A DNA stretch of 63,769 nucleotides, filler included, from Globobulimina sp. (Eukaryota), in NCBI GenBank assembly GCA_003354225.1. It is 32 parts of 32 records of this genome, joined end to end, with 100 filler letters (N's around TTAATTAATTAA, not from the genome) between each part and the next. Parts side by side here need not be neighbours in the genome. Positions count along the whole stretch, not along the records: positions 33,945 to 35,840 come from PIVH01010810.1; positions 35,941 to 37,836 come from PIVH01010811.1; positions 37,937 to 39,832 come from PIVH01010812.1; positions 39,933 to 41,827 come from PIVH01010813.1; positions 41,928 to 43,822 come from PIVH01010814.1; positions 43,923 to 45,817 come from PIVH01010815.1; positions 45,918 to 47,812 come from PIVH01010816.1; 25 more parts are not named here. One strand, 5' to 3'. The notes beneath the pieces were generated by a model that did no database searches, was not told the DNA's origin, and was given only the letters and a program-made list of their open reading frames with translations. Shown piece by piece: positions 34,741 through 46,504 of this stretch. Every line of letters begins with the position of its first letter. Position 1 is the stretch's first letter. The position numbers and the translations under genes were made by a program.

Positions 34741-34911
34741 TCCACATATATGCGGATTGTAGACGCATGTGTCCACATATATGTGGATTGTAGACGCATG
34801 TGTCCACATATATGTGGATTGTAGACACATGTGTCCACATATATGTGGATTGTAGATGCTTGTGTCCACATATATGTGGATTGTAGACGATTGTGTCCAC
34901 ATATATGTGGA
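34741..34911. repeat. 31-bp tandem repeat, six copies of palindrome TCCACATATATGTGGA
   Basis: Copies start at 34741, 34772, 34803, 34834, 34865 and 34896 (first copy has one mismatch). Confidence 0.95.
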
Positions 34912-35029
34912 TGTGAGCAGAAGAAAGTGTGAAAATAATGTAAAAATGAAAATTATAATGAACTTCTAGTTAAAATGATAATAAAATCGTTACAAAACCT
35001 TAAAAATAATAAAATCCTAACTAAAAATG

Positions 35030-35720
35030 TTAAAAAATTAAACAAAAGTTTAAAAATAATAACTGTACTATTAAAAATTACTAAAAATTAAACAAAAGTT
35101 TTAAAATAATAACGGTACCATTAAAAAATCATTAAAAATTAACAACAGTTTTAAAAATAATAACGGTACCATTAAAAATTATTAACAATTAAACAAAAGT
35201 TTTTTAAAATAATTACGGTACCATTAAAAATTATTAAAAATTAAACAAAATGTATTAAAAATAATAACGGTACCATTAAATAGGTCTCCTCTGAAGTCTC
35301 ACCCAGGCTGAATACACATGCGCTCCTCATATATGAGGATAAAACGCACTTGATCCTCATATATGAGGATAAAAAGCAATTGATCCTCATATATGAGGAC
35401 AAATCACACTTTTGCTCCTCATATATGAGGGCGCACAGGGTAAATGTATTTAAAACAACAGAATAATCTTAAATTCTTTGCAGAAACCTTTAAAATAATA
35501 AACTCCCTATTAAAAATAATAAAAAGTTATGCAAAAGTTTTAAAAATAAGAACGGTACCATTAAAAAATAATAAAAAATTAAACAAAAGTATTAAAATAA
35601 TAACGGTACCATTAAAAATTATTAAAAATTAAACAAAAGTTTTAAAAATAATAACGGTACCAATAAAAATTATTGAAAATGAAACAAAAGTTTTAAAAAT
35701 GATAACGATACCATTAAATA
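35030..35720. repeat. ~51-bp A-rich tandem repeat ladder (AATAATAACGGTACCATTAAAAATTATTAAAAATTAAACAAAAGTTTT) in two blocks
   Basis: Repeated GGTACC-containing units at about 35030-35280 and 35530-35720. Confidence 0.85.
35324..35431. repeat. 30-32-bp period array of palindrome TCCTCATATATGAGGA, four copies
   Basis: Copies start at 35324, 35354, 35384 and 35416; a solo variant lies near 34446. Confidence 0.9.
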
Positions 35721-35840
35721 GTCACCCACCAGACTGGTGGGTGAGTCTCCAGAGGAGACCTATTTAATGGTATCGTTATCATTTTTAAAACTTTTGTTTC
35801 ATTTTCAATAATTTTTAATGGTACCGTTATTATTTTTAAA
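35641..35840. repeat. Fold-back inverted repeat (~80-bp arms) at the contig end
   Basis: 35760-35840 is the near-perfect reverse complement of 35641-35721; the loop contains TCACCCACCAGACTGGTGGGTGA and GTCTCCAGAGGAGAC hairpins. Confidence 0.9.
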
Positions 35841-36106
35841 NNNNNNNNNNNNNNNNNNNNNNNNNNNNNNNNNNNNNNNNNNNNTTAATTAATTAANNNN
35901 NNNNNNNNNNNNNNNNNNNNNNNNNNNNNNNNNNNNNNNNCAAATCTTTTTCAAATCTGACCCATCAATGCCTTCGTTCTCTTTCTTCTCATCCATTGAG
36001 TCTGCGATTGCAGCTTTCACTGATTCTTCAATCAAGTTGATCATGATCAAGATTTTAAACTAGTTTACTGGCAGAAAAAAAACAGAGTGTCAGTTTTTGT
36101 ACATTT

Positions 36107-37690
36107 TTATCTATCATCCCATGTAAGCTGCAGTTTAGCATCAATAAACAAATGGGTATAAATGCTTGATGCAATAATAAATATCCAACAAAATATGTAT
36201 GAGGAATAAACAGCAAAATCGGAATCTTTTGTCATCGACCAACTCCATATAGCTCCGCCGATAATGGGTCCAATGCCTCTTAAAAATGCCGCTGAAGCTT
36301 GGCCGATTCCATTTGCTCTGCCAATCTGCGATGATGGAACTGAATTATTTAGAAAACATGTGATTGACACAAATACTAAAGAACCAAAAGTAAACTTTGT
36401 TCCTCCAACCAAACATGTTATAATTACAATCCATACAAAGGATATATTATTATTTTCAAATAAGGTCAATAAAAATATGATTGATGGAAACCCAAAACAT
36501 ATCAAAGTCATTGCAATTCCTGACTATATCACTAATGATTTATATAAGTATCTCTTCAAAAACCATGGCTGAAACTTTAATGTAAATACTAGCAAAACAA
36601 CACCATTCCATGCCATATATATCCCACTCTCCAAACTGTTAAAATCTAAAGCTTGAGCTAATTTTAACGCAAATTCAAGTAAAATAGAAATGATATGGTC
36701 AAAAAATGACAGCTGATACCTAAAAATATTGGAGCTAAAATATTCCACAACATGACCCAAAGCACACCCAATGAATATTCTATTAAGCCATGAAGAAATG
36801 GTGTTTTTTTGAATAAATCTGAAACAGATTCAATCACAATCTCATTGCTGCCATGCTTTTCAATCAATGTGCTTGTTTTGAATTTTTTGGTGATTTCATG
36901 TGGATCAAATTGCGTTGCATTTGATTGTGATGTTTCAATCAATGAAAATGCAGCAAAGATATCCAATGAGTTCGATATATTTTGTTTTTCAAACAATGGC
37001 AGAGATTGACTTTGCGCTGTTTCTCGTTCATTTGATTTTATATTTTATCATTGATATTTCATTATTTTCATCTTTTATTGAACTTCTCGCATATCACAGC
37101 ATTCAACGTAACCATAGCTCCTACACAGAAAGTGACATTTATGCTCAATCATGTTTGATGCCGTACTGTTGATCAATGCATTGCATATATATAATTGAGC
37201 ACAAATGTTACCTATAACACATGGCAATAAATAAGGAAATTCATGCTCAAATATCCACCATTTCAGCACTCCAACACTAGCTTTATGCGTCAATGTACCG
37301 TCTTCATTCTCCACCACATTATATGTTGTAATTAATACTCCACCGATGGTCGAACCAAATATAAGGCTCGCACTGAAAGCAACAGATATTATGGAAAATG
37401 CAAAAGCGCGATTACTGCCATCTGTAATATCGGAAATGTACGCTCTTAATACACCAACATTGCCATTAAATAAGCCAGTTATTGCTCGTGCTATAATGGC
37501 TTGTATGTAGGTTTTGGATGTTCCAAATATGATAATTGCAATTTCACTAAAAAATAGACCAACCAATATTGCAATGCGTCGTCCATAAATATCGCTAAAA
37601 TATCCCCAAGGAAATGCACAAAGAAATTGACAAATACTAAATGCTGCAATCAATAAACCGGTATAAAGTCCGATTAAATCTTCATTAATG
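36107..37690 (-). pseudogene. MFS transporter (ZIFL/tetracycline-resistance-like), disrupted and 5'-truncated
   Basis: WGYFSDIYGRR (motif A), ARAITGLFNGNVGVLRAYISD, GRANGIGQ..AAFLRGIGPIIGG; in-frame TAG at 36524-36526 and broken frame near 37030-37090. Confidence 0.75.
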
Positions 37691-37698
37691 GAGTTCTA

Positions 37699-37836
37699 AT
37701 GCCATTCCAGATACGTTTTGGCACTGACGGCTGGCGGGGGATGATTGCCAGAGAGTATACTTTCGAAAATCTCAAACGCTGTGCACAAGGCTTCGCAACA
37801 TACTTGAAAAATAACGGCCATGAAGGAAAATGGGTG
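37699..37836 (+). CDS. Bacterial phosphoglucomutase/phosphomannomutase family protein, N-terminal fragment
   Basis: [37 protein letters not shown] Shine-Dalgarno at 37690-37693. Confidence 0.85.
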
Positions 37837-38093
37837 NNNNNNNNNNNNNNNNNNNNNNNNNNNNNNNNNNNNNNNNNNNNTTAATTAATTAANNNNNNNN
37901 NNNNNNNNNNNNNNNNNNNNNNNNNNNNNNNNNNNNGTAAACAGTTAGTTTTCTATAAAAAAAAACACAAAAAATGTTATAAATCATCATAATTATTACG
38001 TAATAAAAAAAAAAACTAAATAATAAATATTATTAATAATTTGATGATTGTGCTTTTCAAATAATATTATTTTCAATAATAACACCACAAAAT

Positions 38094-39832
38094 ATGCCAC
38101 AGTCTGCCTGTTCGACGGCGTCGTCCTCCCCACCCACCATAGCCCGACACCGAAGCGGTTTCGATGCAGCCTCCGTTCAATTATTCGCTGAGTCAAATAT
38201 CCCGCAATTAATGGCGTGGAAAAAATCCGTGACTTTTGTAGGTGGCGGCTTACGCAATTTAGGCAATTCCTGTTTTATGAACGCTACCCTACAATGCCTA
38301 TGCTACACGGCTCCGTTTCAAAACTACATCGCCTCCAAACACCACACCAAACACTGTACGTACACTATCTTTCATTCCCACCACAGCCAAACCGACCCAC
38401 CACACACAGGCAAAACCAGCGGCTACTGCATATTCTGCGAATTACAGACCTTAATGCCGTCGATGTTGCACTCGCAATCCGCCTCCGTCCCCCGTACCAT
38501 CTTCAAAAACCTCCGCCGTATGTCCTCTTTTCCCACTTTGCTGACTGCTCATTCCCACACAATCCCACTCGAAAAACAAAACAGTGCTCTCAAAGAAACT
38601 GCGGCCAGGCCGCCAGGAAGACGCCCAGGAATTCCTCCGCTTTTTGATGGAAGGACTGCAAAACAGCTGTCTCAAACAGGAAGGAAGAAAGTTAAGCCCC
38701 CAACACCCCCTAAACCCCGCTATATATTCAGAATCCGTTTGCTTTGAATTAAACCATAACCAAACGGCCTTGCAAATAGCGCACAGCAACCACAATATTA
38801 TAAAAAACTGCTTTGAGCGCTCCTATCTTTCCGTGGTAAGAGGTATTGTGACAAACTAACAACAATTAACCACAACACACAGGATCTGCGACATGCGCGT
38901 CTCGGAAACGACCTTCATCCACAAGCTGTGGGGCGGCTACCTCCGATCGCAAATCAAATGTTGCAAATGCGGCTACGAGTCCAATACTTACGACTCGATC
39001 CTCGACATCTCGCTGGAGATCAAGGGGCCGTCCTTGCGCAGCGCGTTTAAGCACTTCACGGACCCCGAGGTGCTCGACGCCGACAACAAGTACCAATGCG
39101 ACCATTGCCAGAAAAAGCGGCGCGCCATCAAACAGTTCACCATCTTCGAGGCGCCCAACGTGTTGGTGGTGCACTTGAAGCGATTCGAGAGCGGCGGGGC
39201 CGGCGCGTTCAGCAGCGGCAAGATTAACAGCTTCATCAAGTTCGAGGCCTGTCTGGATATCACAGAGTATATGAGCTACCAGGTCTGCTCCAAAGTGAGT
39301 TACTCGCTGATCGGCGCGTTGGTGCATTACGGCTATTCCTCGCACGGCGGGCATTATGTGAGCTACGTCAAGGCGGCGGACGGGAGCTGGTATTTGATGG
39401 ACGATTCGCGCTGCCAATTGGTAGGGGATATTCATGTGGTGCTGAAGGAGAAGGCGTATTTGCTGTTTTATCAACGCAATGAAGCGAAGGTTTTGTACAA
39501 ATCGCCGTCGGCGTCGCCCAAAATGAAGAATATTGGCTCGCTTTCGTCGTTGGACAGTTTGCGCGAATTAGCTGACTTTTTGCCGAAACATTCCCATTCC
39601 GCTTTGTTTGCAAAACGAGCACAGTCTCAAACCATCACAGTTATGTATGTCTGGATTTTTTTTTGGATTTTTGGTTATTGTGTTGTTTGTTAATAGGAAT
39701 CACCGGAATTGTGCGCATCGAATCGGTCTCGATCGTCGTCGAATAAATCTCGATCGCCGAGTTTGGGGGCAATACAAAGGAGAAACAGCAAAAGCAAAAC
39801 GATATTGGCAGCCCAGAGAAGTGCAAAACCTT
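38094..39832 (+). CDS. Ubiquitin-specific protease (C19, USP36/USP42-like), introns 38356-38409, 38518-38584, 38691-38882, 39640-39696; 3'-partial
   Basis: Cys box GLRNLGNSCFMNATLQCL, GRQEDAQEFL, His box VHYGYSSHGGHYVSYVK, WYLMDDS, AYLLFYQR; introns restore the frame. Confidence 0.92.
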
Positions 39833-39932
39833 NNNNNNNNNNNNNNNNNNNNNNNNNNNNNNNNNNNNNNNNNNNNTTAATTAATTAANNNNNNNNNNNN
39901 NNNNNNNNNNNNNNNNNNNNNNNNNNNNNNNN

Positions 39933-41827
39933 TCTATATCAATGGATAGTAATTCAAAATAACGGTCCAACTGCCATATGTGCAGTATATTGGAAAAATC
40001 AATCTTTTCCTAAATCTAAAGAAATCAATACTGATCTATATAAACGATTACTAAACCATATAGAATGGTGTACAACAAACAGTTACGAAGTAATCATAAT
40101 TGGGGACTTTAATGGTCATATTGGTAACGATGAATATGGTATAGAAGGAAACTTAGATTCCATCAACTCTAACGGTTCAATAGTAAGAGAATTTATAAAA
40201 TCTTGCAATCTCCATCTCGATAACAACAACTCTATAACTGAAGGAAAATGGACATGGGGAAAAAGAAAAAATAATCCAAAAATCTTAGACCTTTTATTCC
40301 ATTCTAAACTAAGTAAACTGACTAAAATGCACATAGATGAAGAAAACTGGATCTGGGGAACTGGAAACGGCGACCATTGCTTCATTTATTGTGAAATCAA
40401 TATATTCCAACACAATATGAACAAAAATCTAAATACAACCGAAATAACTAAACCAAAATGGAATATAAATGACGATAGTGACTGGATGGGATACAAAGAA
40501 AAGCTAAAAGTGTTAACAAATAATCTAAACAACGAACATATTACTATACACAATATTATCGAAAACATGACAATAGCTGGCGATTCTGCTATTGGACATA
40601 AGAAAAAACCTGGTCAAAAGAAAAGACTTTCAAATAAAGCAAAAAAATTCAAAACTGACATCACCGAGTTAAGAAAGAAACTACGTCATAATGAAGGTGA
40701 TAAAAAGGAAAACCTTACTAAACTATTCGAACTTACTAAAGAACAGAGAAATCTTAGACGAAAAACCGAAATGGCCAGAATCGAAAAAGCCCATAATAAA
40801 TGGCTAAACAACCCTAAACGTAAATTTTCCCAACTGTATAGCAGTATGAAAACACTAAAACGTGGTATACCTGAACCAGTTACACTAATAGACGATAACA
40901 AACAACCCGTAAATGGGAAAGAAAAAATTAACAATCATCTATCTGACTTTTGGAATGATATCTTTTCATTAGGCTTATGGCCAGAAGCTAACAACGATAT
41001 GAAAAGATTAGGTTTGGACAATATCATCAAAGGTGCTGACAGAATGGAACTAGAAAGCGAAATAACTATGAAAGAACTAAACAATTCGATCAAACGACTT
41101 AAAAACTGCACGTCAGCAGGTACTACAAACATCCCGCCAGAATTCATCAAAAACTGGCCCGAAGAAACAAAACAACAAACGCTAACGCTGTTTAATAAAT
41201 GGTATAGCACGGGATTTTTCCCAGATATCGGTAAAACACAAAATGTGACATTATTACACAAAAAAGGATCTAAAAGTAACATCAAAAATTATAGAACACT
41301 ATGTCTTGGATGTAACCTTTGTAAAGTCTATCTTACTATATTAACTAAACGTATCGAGGAAGTTACCGAAAAACGAAATCTATTGGGATATATTCAACAT
41401 GGATTTCGAGCAAACAAACGCATCGAAGACTGTATATTAGTTATCGATCATACCATAAACAAAGCTAAATTAGGACGATCCCAATCTAACCAAGCTATAA
41501 TAGCTTTACTCGATATTTGCAAAGCTTATGATCGAGTTTGGAGAGAGGGTTTATGGAAAAAATTACGAGATTATGGATTCCCCGAACAACTGGTAAGAGC
41601 CATCGAGAGCAGCTATCACAATCCCGGAGCAATAATTTCATTTCAAAATCAAAACACCGAACGACTATCAATGAATGTTGGTCTACGTCAAGGATGTACT
41701 ATGTCACCCATATTATGGGCACTATTCATAGCAGATCTTGGTAAAGAAATCGAAAAATCTAACTTAGGTATAACAATCGGTCCAAATAACGAAAACAAAA
41801 ACCTATCTGGGATCTTCTTTGCCGATG
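39933..41827 (+). mobile_element. Non-LTR retrotransposon ORF2 fragment (AP endonuclease + reverse transcriptase)
   Basis: Uninterrupted frame: AICAVY, IIIGDFNGHIG, WTW, ILDL, GDH; then NYRTLCL, QHGFR, LLDICKAYDRV, GLRQGCTMSP, FAD at the contig end. Confidence 0.95.
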
Positions 41828-41927
41828 NNNNNNNNNNNNNNNNNNNNNNNNNNNNNNNNNNNNNNNNNNNNTTAATTAATTAANNNNNNNNNNNNNNNNN
41901 NNNNNNNNNNNNNNNNNNNNNNNNNNN

Positions 41928-43822
41928 CATATCAATGGACGATATGACAGATCCAAGACCACCGACGCCACGGCGCCATGACAGAGGCAAAAGAGAACAG
42001 GAAAGTGGTTTTTTGGCTGATGAATTATTGCAAAAACTTCAAGAGTGGCGAGTCTTCGTGACACAAAAAATAAAAAGAAAGCCACAGTATAACACACATA
42101 CAAATAAACCAAAACCACCAAATAATACACAAACACAACGTACAACACACAAACAAACAGAAAAACGGCGCAGATCAACGCGACTTAGAAACAAATTGCC
42201 CGCCAATCAAGAATCCGATATAACAAATTCCAAATTAGTCGAAATCCCTCACATTGATGACATTATAAATAAACAACAGCGCAGCGACTATGAGAAACGC
42301 TTAAATAAAGCCTTGAAACTAAACAATGAAATCCTTTCCTATAAACCAAATAATCCAATTTATAATATTGACACAATTGATCCAATTCCATCAGAGATAT
42401 TGGATCGATACTATCCAAACCATATAACCCCACAGCTTCTACTCCAAAAACAACAGTCCGATCCATGGATATATGGTATAATCCAATACCTTTTAACCGA
42501 TAATACCAATTTAATCCGCACATTACCTAAATATTTATATCGATATGTATTGAATGGGAAATATGTGTGTAATGAGGATGGTTTATTGTATTATAAATAT
42601 AAAGAAAATGAATATAAAGTCGTCGTACCTGACACTTTAAAGAAATCCATAATGAATAACGCCCACGATTTGATCCATAATGGTAGCGGCAAAATGTATA
42701 TGTTGATACTAACCGAATACTGGTGGCCCAAAATGAAGATTGAAATTGCAAACTACTGCAAAAGCTGTGTAGGTTGCCAGTGTGTAAAAGGTATCAAATA
42801 TAAGGAAAAGAGAGGGAAACTTAACTTGTTTCCAGCAACGCGACCCTTTGAACGAATAAGTGTTGATATTGTTGGGCCATTACCCAAAACTGATGATGAT
42901 TTCCAATATTTACTGACTATAATTGACAAATTTTCTAGATACTGCATGATAATCCCAATAAAAGATACGTTGACGCCGACTGTAATACGTGCCATCGAGC
43001 GATGGTACACTACCTTCGGTCCACCGGAATCCATCCTATCCGATAACGGCTCGCAATTCCTATCAAGAGCATATCAACATTTTCAAAATTCAAACAAAGT
43101 AAATATAAAATACATAACTGCATATCATCCGGAGTGCAATGGACAAATCGAACGGCTCCACCGATGGATAAAGGAGCGACTAGCACTGCTCGCACATGAT
43201 TTAGGTTTGGGATTCGCAGTCGGAGCAGCATACCAATGCGATAACTGGACACATTATATCCCATTGATCCAATATTGCTATAATACGATGATAAATCGAA
43301 TGACAATGTATACGCCATTTGATATCGTTTTTGGTACAAATCCTCGAGATATGGATGCATTGAAATGCGACCCAAAATGTCCGGATATATACAGGAAATA
43401 CATGGCGGTGCGTATAAAATTGATACATGAACGAGCATACGTAAGAAATAAAAAGCAATTAAATTATGATAAAATACGTAAGAAATACTATGATAAGCAT
43501 CGACATGAAATAAAGACTGAAATAAATGATTTGATAATGTACGATGTATCGCAAAATATGACAAAGAATGAAAAATCATTAATACCAAATTATGTCGGCC
43601 CATATAAAGTGATTGAAGCGATGAATGAGAATAAAACATTAAAAATCCAAGATATTGATAAGTTATATGATCCATTTTGGACCGATATAATGCATTGTAA
43701 GCCATATCACGATGGCCAGACGAGTTCAAATGATACGTTATTAATATACACGATATATAATATTGATAACATTGATAAACGGATTGCAAATTGCACGAAT
43801 GATAGAAACGATATACAAATTA
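41928..43822 (+). mobile_element. Ty3/gypsy LTR retrotransposon pol fragment (integrase)
   Basis: HHCC zinc finger (AHDLIH...YWWP...CVGC), DDE core ISVDIVGP...SDNGSQF...NGQIER, GPY module. Confidence 0.95.
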
Positions 43823-43922
43823 NNNNNNNNNNNNNNNNNNNNNNNNNNNNNNNNNNNNNNNNNNNNTTAATTAATTAANNNNNNNNNNNNNNNNNNNNNN
43901 NNNNNNNNNNNNNNNNNNNNNN

Positions 43923-45743
43923 TAACAATAACAATCCAGGATTGGGCTCGCCTCGAATTGCTACAATGTCAATATCGTATTCTGAATTGTAAATATGATA
44001 AAAAAAAGGGTTCTTATTCGTGTCGATATGACTTATCTGCCAACCTTCCACTGCTTCGCCAGTGGCACGATTATAAATAACGGCATTTTGTAAGGCATCC
44101 GCACCAAACCAATTATTAAAATCGTTTCTGATCGATTCCTGTGTATCGTGATGTGCTGAAATTGACAAATACACTAAATCCATACTGGTTAAATATTCAT
44201 TATACCGCAAGTCGCAAACCGGGTAAAACTCCTGTTTCATACTGCTTGTATCAAAGGATTGCTCTTCGAACAATAGCCAGCGATGTGAAGAACCAGTGGT
44301 CACTAATACGAATACTGAAAGTAATAAAATACTGCAAATCCATTTGCATCCATCAGTGGAACAGCAACATGTTTTACAGTATTGCCTGAAACAAAGGTTA
44401 TGGCATTTACATTTCCGACTGCATAATGTAAGGCATTTGCATCTTCGGTGCGAATTAAAATTAACTTTGTCCCAATATTGTTTATAGTCAATTGGCGTCA
44501 ACGCGGCCATAGTCACCGGAGATCTTAGGTTGTCGTCCTTTTCTTCATCATCACTCTGATCACTAATGATTGCAAATTTTGATTTGCTGACATTTGAGCC
44601 AAAACTTGGTTGCATTTGTATTTTTAATGGCGGTGTGTGCGACGTTAAGGGGTTTAGTTGCAATGCGGGCGCCGGCAACGCTGACTTTGTCCCGGGCAAA
44701 ACCATAAAAAACTGTTCTTTTAACTGGTCTCTCCATAATAAATATAAGTTGTTATATTTGCCTCTTTCAAACATAATTAACATGTAATATAACAATGTCA
44801 TTACAATACAGGTTTTGAATAAATGTCTGCAATCTGGCACAGTGGCTAATAATATGGAATAGAAAAAAATTAAGACCCATAAAAATATAATATAAATATT
44901 TATGGATTTTAGTTTTGACTGTGATTGGATATTTTGATCGGTCGAAGAGACACAAATTAATTTCAAAAAATGCTTGCAATGTTTCATTGAGGTTATTATG
45001 ATATAAATACAGTTCATCACTGAGATTGTAACATATATTATTTGATGGTATAAACCGCGCAGTAACATGAATAAAATAAAATATTTCCAACCAATATTAT
45101 CAGAATTTAATTGCGTCCATAAAGTACAAATAAAACAAAGGAATATGTTGTATAAACGAACAGTTGCTAACAAACCTAAATCGAGTACATCGCCAAGATT
45201 TCGTGTGATGAGGATTAATGACTCAAATTCACGCCGAATAAACCAGAAAATAATTTCCATTATGAAATATAAAGCAGATAATGCGAAGATAGATAACGGA
45301 GATGACGAACCCGTGGAAATTACAAAAAATTCTAAAAGTAAATTCATCCAAAAAATAAAGGATGCATAAAATGCCAAGAAACCACAGAAAAATGACCAAA
45401 TTTGTAAAAAATAAATACAATATTCAATGAATGAATGTTTATCACTTAAGAATTGCGAACATATTCGACCATAATTTATTGAAAACGTATCGTTATCGTT
45501 ATTCAAACTATTTTTATTTTCGTCATCATTGATTTGGGTGTTTGGATAGTAATAATTCGGATAAATTGGTTTAAAGAGAAAATTGCAACATTTAAAATGT
45601 GGATTTGCTAATGATATTCGATGAATGTAATAAAATACAAAAATATCAACAGGAATGGTGGCAACAAAAAAAAATGCCACCATATTGTGTGATACCATTG
45701 CATCAAAGTGAGAGCCTGCCAGATTATCGTGGTGATAGCCCAT
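43923..45743 (-). CDS. Multi-TM protein with start of a class-3 lipase domain, partial
   Basis: Eight or more hydrophobic segments, then DLVYLS...FYHIYN...DIVAIRG (lipase_3 entry strand); catalytic GxSxG not reached. Confidence 0.6.
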
Positions 45744-45917
45744 CTTTTAAAGAAGATTTGACTGATTTGACTTTAAGGTTTTTTCAGATTCTTCCATGAT
45801 CACTTTTTTATATTTGGNNNNNNNNNNNNNNNNNNNNNNNNNNNNNNNNNNNNNNNNNNNNTTAATTAATTAANNNNNNNNNNNNNNNNNNNNNNNNNNN
45901 NNNNNNNNNNNNNNNNN

Positions 45918-46408
45918 CAAACAGACCAAAAAATTTACATTTTATTGAAATTGATTTACCGAAAACAATTGAGTTTAAAAAGAAATTATGTCGTCGATTA
46001 ATTAGAAGACATCCAACACAAAATATAAAACCACCAAAATTTATTGCAGCTGATTTATTGAAATCAAATATGAAACAGCTATTAAATAAAAATGGATTTG
46101 ATAATAAAATGCCAACAATATTCATATTTGAGGCGATTTTATGTTATTTAATTATTCAAAAAAAATCAATGGTGGTCACACAAATTATGAAAGATATCAA
46201 TGATATTTGCTATGATTTACCAAATAGTTTTATGATTGTATTTGATGCAGTACCTGCTATTGACCATAATGCGACTACAAAAGATGCCGAAGAATATTTT
46301 AATTCTATCGGATTTTCAGCGGATTATATTGATGTAAAACCAGTTGAAACATATAAAATGGGCAATATTTGTGGTGCATTTTCACGGATTCCGAAACTAA
46401 TCAAATGA
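45918..46408 (+). CDS. Leucine-carboxyl-methyltransferase-like (LCM family) SAM-dependent methyltransferase, 5'-partial
   Basis: FIEIDLPKTIEFKK, FIAADL, GFDNKMPTIFIFEAILCYL. Confidence 0.75.
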
Positions 46409-46504
46409 CAATTAGCACAAAAATAATTTAAATTACATTAGTTTTGTATTTTATGTTGATGAGGTTTAAGTACTTTGAATGTCTTTGATAAACACAATGA
46501 TTTT

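Noticed and set aside
34609-34902. Repetitive ORFs (STIHIYVDT..., YNPHICGH...)
   Set aside because: Translations of the 31-bp tandem repeat cycling through frames; no coding evidence
34741-35431. CRISPR-like palindromic repeat arrays
   Set aside because: Inter-repeat segments are only about 14-16 bp and identical or near-identical, not unique spacers; no cas genes; eukaryotic context
36524-36526. TAG read-through or pyrrolysine in the MFS gene
   Set aside because: The same gene has a broken frame elsewhere, so decay or sequence error is more likely
38866-39474. 202-aa antisense ORF (and similar ones opposite V-ATPase B, integrase and the PT repeats)
   Set aside because: Shadow frames of real genes caused by codon bias or tandem repeats
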